Source of the DNA: Candidatus Zipacnadia bacterium
GTDB lineage: Bacteria; Armatimonadota; Zipacnadia; Zipacnadales; UBA11051
Reading direction: 5' to 3'
NCBI GenBank assembly: GCA_029821145.1
Contig: JALGTY010000001.1
Coordinates: 1-48,795, forward strand
Length of the DNA: 48,795 bases
Under the pieces are notes generated by a model that was not told where the DNA came from, made no database searches, and was given only the letters and a program-made list of their open reading frames with translations. Of the stretch, positions 43,562 through 48,795 are shown piece after piece. Made by a program: the position numbers and the translations under genes. Every line of letters starts with the position of its first letter. Within the stretch, counting starts at the first letter, position 1.

Positions 43562-44062
43562 TTAGGAAGACTCTTTGGCCTCAATATTGTCGCTTACAGT
43601 GCCGTCGTCGTTTTGTGCAGCCTTGCCGGGTATCGTGAGGACAATGAGGCCGCCGATGACCAGGGCAGTTCCCAGCAGCTTCTGCCACGCGAGGCTTTCC
43701 CCTAGCCATGCTGCGGCCACGAACACCGTTACCAGAGGCCATGCAGAGGTAAACACGACCACCTTCGATATCTCGCCACCGCCGGCGGCAAAGAAATAGG
43801 CTACCTGCCCTAACACCGCTGCCAGCAGTGCGCTGACACCCAGATAGATGAAGGTCACCGGCTCCATCCTGTGCAGGTCGTCCCACATACCCATGTACCA
43901 GCCGGCTCCACCGACGACGAGCACCGCAACGGGCATCCGCGCTATGACTGCAGTCAGCGGGGACAGCCCTCCCATGGCGTTGAGCGCCAGCTTGTCGAGT
44001 ACTCCGCCGACGCCCCACATGACTAGAGCAATAATTACCCCAAGCAAAACAATGGCGCTCAT
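43562..44062 (-). CDS. Single-domain EamA/DMT transporter (paralogue 2)
   Basis: WGVGGVLDKLAL, GEISKVVVFTSAWP, WLGESLAW. Confidence 0.85.
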   Translation of the reverse strand: MSAIVLLGVIIALVMWGVGGVLDKLALNAMGGLSPLTAVIARMPVAVLVVGGAGWYMGMWDDLHRMEPVTFIYLGVSALLAAVLGQVAYFFAAGGGEISKVVVFTSAWPLVTVFVAAAWLGESLAWQKLLGTALVIGGLIVLTIPGKAAQNDDGTVSDNIEAKESS

Positions 44063-44175
44063 GCGCCACCTCTCTTAATGTACTGCCCAGGTTGTCTGAG
44101 ATAGGCCAGGCAGCTCTGCCGCTGGACAGCCGGGCTGCCTGCATTGTCTGGAAAACGGCCTCAGGCGTGCGACAC

Positions 44176-44628
44176 TCACGAGCTGGAAACTCGTGTCGCG
44201 GCCAGAAGCATCAAACCGCCAACTATCAGAGCAGCCGCCAGCAGCTTTTCCCATGTAATCGGCTCGCGGAGGAACTGTGCGGCCAATAACACCGTCACCA
44301 GCGGGTAAGCGGCTGTGAATAGCACGACTTTTGATATTTCACCTGCGTCAACGGCAAAATAGTACGCGGCCTGCGCGAGGACTCCGGCCAGAATTCCACT
44401 CATAGCCAGATAGAACAATGTCTTCGGCTGCATCTGCCTGATGTCCTCGCGCGCGCCAGTGAGGGTGACGATGATTATGATGCACACTAACGCGAACACC
44501 ATCCGAACCAGTACGGCACTGTACGGGGACAGGTCTTCCATAGAATTGAATGCCAGTTTGTCAAATATCGCGCCGCTGCCCCACGCGAGCATAGCAACAA
44601 CGGCTGCAGTCAGAACAAAGCCGTTCAT
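44176..44628 (-). CDS. Single-domain EamA/DMT transporter (paralogue 1)
   Basis: WGSGAIFDKLAF, GEISKVVLFTAAYP, FLREPITW. Confidence 0.85.
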   Translation of the reverse strand: MNGFVLTAAVVAMLAWGSGAIFDKLAFNSMEDLSPYSAVLVRMVFALVCIIIIVTLTGAREDIRQMQPKTLFYLAMSGILAGVLAQAAYYFAVDAGEISKVVLFTAAYPLVTVLLAAQFLREPITWEKLLAAALIVGGLMLLAATRVSSS

Positions 44629-44639
44629 CGCGTGCCAAC

Positions 44640-46157
44640 TCACCTTTCAGCGCGCAGCTCGTGGGCCAGGTCTGCAATCGCCGGCCACGCGCCCTTGTAT
44701 ATCTCGAAAAGCTGCTGGTACTGCTCGTGCCTGGCCGGGTTTGGCTGGTAGCTATCCTGCTCCTCGACGAGGCCCGCGACCGCCTGCTGCAGGTCGCCGT
44801 AGATGCCGGCCGCCACGCCGCCCAGCATCGCGCCGGCCAGGCAGCCGCTTTCGATGACATTCAACGTAACGACCTCGCGGCCGGTGATGTCGGCCTTAAT
44901 CTGCAGCCACAGCGGGCTCTTACTCCCGCCACCTGTCACCCGCAGCCGGGTTATGTTGACGCCTCCCTCGGCCATTCTAATCAGGTTCAGGTTCAGCTCG
45001 TAGCAGGTGCCTTCCAGAATCGCCTTGACTATCGTCTTGCGATCTGCGGCGAGCGTCAGGCCGAGGAACGCGCCACTGGCCTGCGGGTCAAGATACGGCG
45101 TGCCGGAGCCCGCGAGGTACGGCAGCACCAGTACGCCGGTCGGCTCGTCGGGGAGGTCAGAGACTATCACGTCATATACATCGGAGCCCTCGCGCTCGGC
45201 CTGGGCGCTCTCATACAGCGCAAAGTTATCCCGGTACCAGCGCAGCAGACGCCCGGAGGTGTAGTTGTAACCCAGCGTGACGTACATGCCGGCGACCACG
45301 TGTGGATAGCAGCAGTAATTCCACTTGCGCATCGGCTCGGTGAGCATCGGCTCATCAAACGCCGTGGTGACGCACTCCACGGTGCCCATGCCATCAACCG
45401 CCTGCCCGTGGCGGATTACTCCGCCGCCCAGCGCATTCATCGGCTGGTCGTGGCCTCCGGCGACCACCAGGCACTCCGGCGGTAGGCCAGTTATCGCAGC
45501 CCCTGGCGCGCCCAGCAGGCCGACAACCTCCCCCGGCGCAATCGGCTCGGCCAGCAGCTCCATATCTATGCCTGCGACCTCGAGCATCTCGGGGGACCAC
45601 TGTTTCTTCCTTATGTCGAGCGCCATCGTGCGCCCGGCCAGGCTGTGGTCAATCCTCGGCGGCAACCCCAGCTTGAGGGTCACCAGGTCAGGCCACATCA
45701 GATATTTACCGGCGCGCTCGTGGACCTGCGGCTCGTTCTCCCGCAGCCACATCAGCTTGTTTATCGAAAAGCTGGGGTGCAGCGGCATGCCGGTTATCTC
45801 GAACACGCGCTCAGCGCCCAGCGTCTCGTGCCATGAATTGGCCTGCGGGATAGCGCGCCCGTCTGCGGACATTATGGTGTTGTAGAGATACTCGCCGTCT
45901 GCGCCGATGGGGGTGATCGCCTCTCCCATCGTGGACATGCACAGCGACTGCGCCGGATCATTCTTCGTGTTGCCGGCGACTTCATTGAGCACGGCCACGA
46001 TGGCGTCCCAGACCTGCGCCGGGTCCAATTCGATCCAGCCCGGCCTGGGATACTGCGCGGGGTATTCGCGGTATGCCTCGGCCAGAATCTCGCCCTCGGG
46101 ATTGAACGCTACCGCCTTCACACCGGTGCTGCCAATGTCGAGGCCTAGCAGTGACAC
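44640..46157 (-). CDS. FGGY-family carbohydrate kinase (xylulokinase-like)
   Basis: LGLDIGSTGVKA, PGWIELDP, GGHDQ, LPYLAGSGTP, AILEG, TGGGSKS; GTG start after GGGAGG. Confidence 0.9.
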   Translation of the reverse strand: MSLLGLDIGSTGVKAVAFNPEGEILAEAYREYPAQYPRPGWIELDPAQVWDAIVAVLNEVAGNTKNDPAQSLCMSTMGEAITPIGADGEYLYNTIMSADGRAIPQANSWHETLGAERVFEITGMPLHPSFSINKLMWLRENEPQVHERAGKYLMWPDLVTLKLGLPPRIDHSLAGRTMALDIRKKQWSPEMLEVAGIDMELLAEPIAPGEVVGLLGAPGAAITGLPPECLVVAGGHDQPMNALGGGVIRHGQAVDGMGTVECVTTAFDEPMLTEPMRKWNYCCYPHVVAGMYVTLGYNYTSGRLLRWYRDNFALYESAQAEREGSDVYDVIVSDLPDEPTGVLVLPYLAGSGTPYLDPQASGAFLGLTLAADRKTIVKAILEGTCYELNLNLIRMAEGGVNITRLRVTGGGSKSPLWLQIKADITGREVVTLNVIESGCLAGAMLGGVAAGIYGDLQQAVAGLVEEQDSYQPNPARHEQYQQLFEIYKGAWPAIADLAHELRAER

Positions 46158-46260
46158 AGGCCAGCCTCCCTGTTCGTGCGATTGGTCGTCGTGCTATCCA
46201 AGTTCATCCATCAGAGCCGCCAGCCGCTTCTCGTACTCGTCGCACAACGCCCTGGTCTTC

Positions 46261-47586
46261 TCAGCCGCGATGCCGGTGTATGCTTGCGGATCCCGCAGCA
46301 TCGCCTTTGTCCAGGTATGGGGCGAGTTCCTCGTCTTCGCAAATCAGGTCCCACAGCATGCGGCCACTTGTCTGCGCCTGCAGCGTCAGCTTGCGCATCG
46401 CCTCATGGGCATCCGGGTGACCGTGGGCCGCCAGCAGAATGTACGCCGGCTCGGCAGCCACCATCCCGGAGGTCATCTCGAAATTCTGCTTCATCCGCTC
46501 TTCGTCAGTGACCAGCTTCGACATTATCCTGACCAGCCGCTGCACGCTGTTGGCCAGCCCCACGATTATCTCCGGATTGAAGCGCGAGGAGGCCGAATTG
46601 CTCAAGTCGCGCTGGTGCTCGGAAAGTTGGTCCGCGTACACCGTGACCATCCGCGGCATGAACGCCTTCCACATGCTCTTTACGTTCTCGAAATTCCAGG
46701 GGTTGCGCTTGTGGGGCATGGTCGAGGAGCCGACCTGGTCGGCCTCAAACTCTTCGCCCACCTCGGCGATCTCGGTGCGCTGGAGATGCCGCATGTCGTC
46801 GGCCAGATCGGCCAACACGCCGAAGGTGGATATCAGCGCGTGATAGTAATCGGTCACCTGCTCCGGCTCGACTATCTGGGTCGAACTCGGCGATGCTTTC
46901 AGGCCCAATTCTGCCAGCACTTCGGCCTCGAACTCATCAGGATCATCGAAAAACAGGGCGCTGGCGTTATATGCGCCGACGGCTCCGCTGATCTTGCCAC
47001 AGAGGTTGTCAGCGGCCATTCTAATCGCCTCGATCCGCCCACCCAGCCTGCTGACAAAGCCGACCAGCGCGAAGCCGAAGGTAATCGGCACCGCGTGCTG
47101 GCCGTGGGTGCGGCCTATCTGGATCTGGTCGGCCTCGCGGCGGGCCAGGTCTATCAGCACCTGCTGAAGCTCGGCCAGTTGCGGAATCATTCCATTGTAC
47201 GCCGCCTGCTGCAGCCGCCACGCCGCGGCAGTGTCAATCACATCGAAGCTGGTCAGGCACAGATGCACGTAGGGCTTGGCCTCGTCACTGACCTGGGAGC
47301 GCATTACGTTGACCAGAGCGCGGATATTGTGATGGATGCGCGCCTCTTCCTGCGCCACTTCTTCCGGAGAGGTGCCGTCGGCGGCGGCAGCGACCTCATC
47401 CGCTACGGTCTCCGAGCATACCCCGCGCCGCGCCAGCACTCGCACTGCGGCCGCCTCCACCATCGCCTCGCTCAGGACTCGCCCCTTCTCGGTCACGTAA
47501 GGGTCCAGCAGCGCTCTTAACTTCTCGTCGGGTCCATAGTAGCGGAAATCCAGCGGCGACACATTATCGAATCGCGACTCTGACAT
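46261..47586 (-). CDS. purB: Adenylosuccinate lyase (3' end frameshifted; natural-looking tail continues to 46194)
   Basis: SPLDFRY, TSFDVIDTA, GRTHGQHAVP, GKISGAVG, STQI, GSSTMPHKRNP, EHQRDLSNS; SD AGGGAGG. Confidence 0.88.
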   Translation of the reverse strand: MSESRFDNVSPLDFRYYGPDEKLRALLDPYVTEKGRVLSEAMVEAAAVRVLARRGVCSETVADEVAAAADGTSPEEVAQEEARIHHNIRALVNVMRSQVSDEAKPYVHLCLTSFDVIDTAAAWRLQQAAYNGMIPQLAELQQVLIDLARREADQIQIGRTHGQHAVPITFGFALVGFVSRLGGRIEAIRMAADNLCGKISGAVGAYNASALFFDDPDEFEAEVLAELGLKASPSSTQIVEPEQVTDYYHALISTFGVLADLADDMRHLQRTEIAEVGEEFEADQVGSSTMPHKRNPWNFENVKSMWKAFMPRMVTVYADQLSEHQRDLSNSASSRFNPEIIVGLANSVQRLVRIMSKLVTDEERMKQNFEMTSGMVAAEPAYILLAAHGHPDAHEAMRKLTLQAQTSGRMLWDLICEDEELAPYLDKGDAAGSASIHRHRG

Positions 47587-47664
47587 GGCATCCTCCCTGC
47601 ACATCGCACCCTAACTGCTACACGCACCATTTCATCTCTTGCCAGACGGCTTCCTGCAAGAATC

Positions 47665-48795
47665 TCAACGCCGCGTCACCAACACCAACTCAAACGCCCC
47701 CGGATAAGCGAAGGGCTGCTCTTGTGCCTGCGGCGATCCGGCCGCGCTATCAGTGACCGTGGCCACGCTGACTGTCGGCCCGAACCCGGGCAGCTCCACC
47801 TGCACGCCGGCGGTATCGCATGACAGGTAATAGCGCCCCGGTTCATGTACCAGCTCCCAGGTGCCGTTTTTCAGATAGATGCGCACCACTTCGCGCCCGC
47901 CCAGCGATACCACCGTCGCCCGCGAGGTCTTTTCGGCCATTGTCGTAATCGGCGCGTCACCCATCTGCTCCAGCGCATAGACCGTTTTCTCATCATTGGA
48001 GTAATGCAGCTTCATGCTTTGGCCGGTGTTGGCCGCCACAGTGGTCATCTTGAGAACCCAGTGTTGGGACTCCGCCGGCGACCTGCGGTCAAGGCTTGCC
48101 CATATAACCGCCCCGGTCACTGAGGCCGTGCTCACCTGCAATTGCGAGGTCTTCGCTTTTGCGGAGTTGCTGAGAGCTCCGGCCACCGCGTGCAAACACG
48201 GGGTATCAACAGTCATGAGGCCGGCATTGAGGTCGCGAGTAATCTGCCCGGTATCGGACTTGTACACATTGGCGTTCACGTAATCGTGTGATATCGGCGC
48301 GCCGAATATCTGCCCCAGCGCATCCAGCGCCACCCGCAGCTTCTGATGAGCCGTCAGCCTCCGAAACACGTAGATATTCCGCCGCACATCGCGGAAGCCA
48401 ACGCAGCCTTCGCCGGCTGCATCAATCCCTATCGCGCGCAGGTCCTTTGCCTTCACATCCGCCACCAGAAACGCCGGATCGGTCTGCACGCGCTGCTTGT
48501 GCCCGGGGGAAAACATCGTGCCGCCGAACGTATAGTACGTGTAGTCGCCGGGCACGGTCGCCACCTGATAGCCGCTTTTCTGCTCGATGCTTTGATCGCG
48601 CTTATGGTCGAGAAGGTCTTCAGCGTCCCAGTTGCTGCATATTACCGCATTTTCGCGGTCATAGACGCCGCTTGCTGACCGGCCTGAGGCCATCAGCAAA
48701 TCGGGGCCGCCTGATGGTGCCTTCTCGTCAAAAAACAGCGTATAGAATCCCGAGACCCATCCCAGCTTGTAGGCCTCCGTCGGCATCGGCTGCCA
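47665..48795 (-). CDS. Hypothetical protein, C-terminal part (5' end outside the window); possibly the accessory region of a carbohydrate-active enzyme
   Basis: Open frame runs to the window edge. Beta-rich SDTGQITRD..GLMTVDTP..AVAG and SLDRRSPAESQHWVLK segments. Confidence 0.6.
   Translation of the reverse strand, partial: WQPMPTEAYKLGWVSGFYTLFFDEKAPSGGPDLLMASGRSASGVYDRENAVICSNWDAEDLLDHKRDQSIEQKSGYQVATVPGDYTYYTFGGTMFSPGHKQRVQTDPAFLVADVKAKDLRAIGIDAAGEGCVGFRDVRRNIYVFRRLTAHQKLRVALDALGQIFGAPISHDYVNANVYKSDTGQITRDLNAGLMTVDTPCLHAVAGALSNSAKAKTSQLQVSTASVTGAVIWASLDRRSPAESQHWVLKMTTVAANTGQSMKLHYSNDEKTVYALEQMGDAPITTMAEKTSRATVVSLGGREVVRIYLKNGTWELVHEPGRYYLSCDTAGVQVELPGFGPTVSVATVTDSAAGSPQAQEQPFAYPGAFELVLVTRR

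Noticed and set aside
44092-44170. Nested hairpin between EamA paralogues
   Set aside because: Real pairing (CAGGCAGCTC/GGGCTGCCTG) but no U-tract or other copies in the window; function cannot be supported.
45907-47520. 537-aa + strand ORF and other long antisense ORFs (e.g. 39649-40866, 20060-21199, 27263-28360)
   Set aside because: Shadow ORFs opposite well-supported genes in GC-rich DNA, with no recognisable motifs.
1-48795. CRISPR array, prophage, IS or defence genes
   Set aside because: No regularly spaced repeats, transposase, integrase or phage structural genes were recognised; the holin-like gene lacks phage context.

Overview
GC-rich bacterial chromosomal window of mostly housekeeping and envelope genes. 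Gene content (tandem DUF6785-like membrane proteins, a multi-SLBB export protein, a TPR-tailed PPIase) suggests an Armatimonadota-like organism; this is inference only. In order: ECF sigma/anti-sigma/RseB-like operon, signal-peptide-bearing Pcm, DMT transporter, heparinase II/III-like protein, orphan OmpR regulator, Wza/SLBB protein, PBP1A-PBP2-FemAB, holin-like pair, tldD-pmbA, two tandem DUF6785-like paralogues, SGNH hydrolase, SDR, B12-binding radical SAM, beta-propeller protein, DUF4139-like protein, ABC ATPase/permease/TPR operon, a 627-aa unknown, gltX, thiC, PPIase, nadE, rsmI, three half-size EamA paralogues, FGGY kinase, purB and a partial unknown. No rRNA, tRNA, CRISPR array, transposase or integrase was seen. 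The best candidate for an undescribed system is 33.7-36.3 kb. There a near-consensus sigma70 promoter drives an ORF-less structured RNA of about 200 nt that ends in a terminator. It is followed by a second structured block, a protein with about five RNAP-delta/HARE-HTH-like winged-helix repeats, and a multibranch hairpin element. Two frameshifts are directly visible: a 13-bp tandem duplication in the RseB-like gene and a shift near the 3' end of purB. Several intergenic regions carry diverse REP-like hairpins. All family calls come from recognising motifs by eye, not from database searches.
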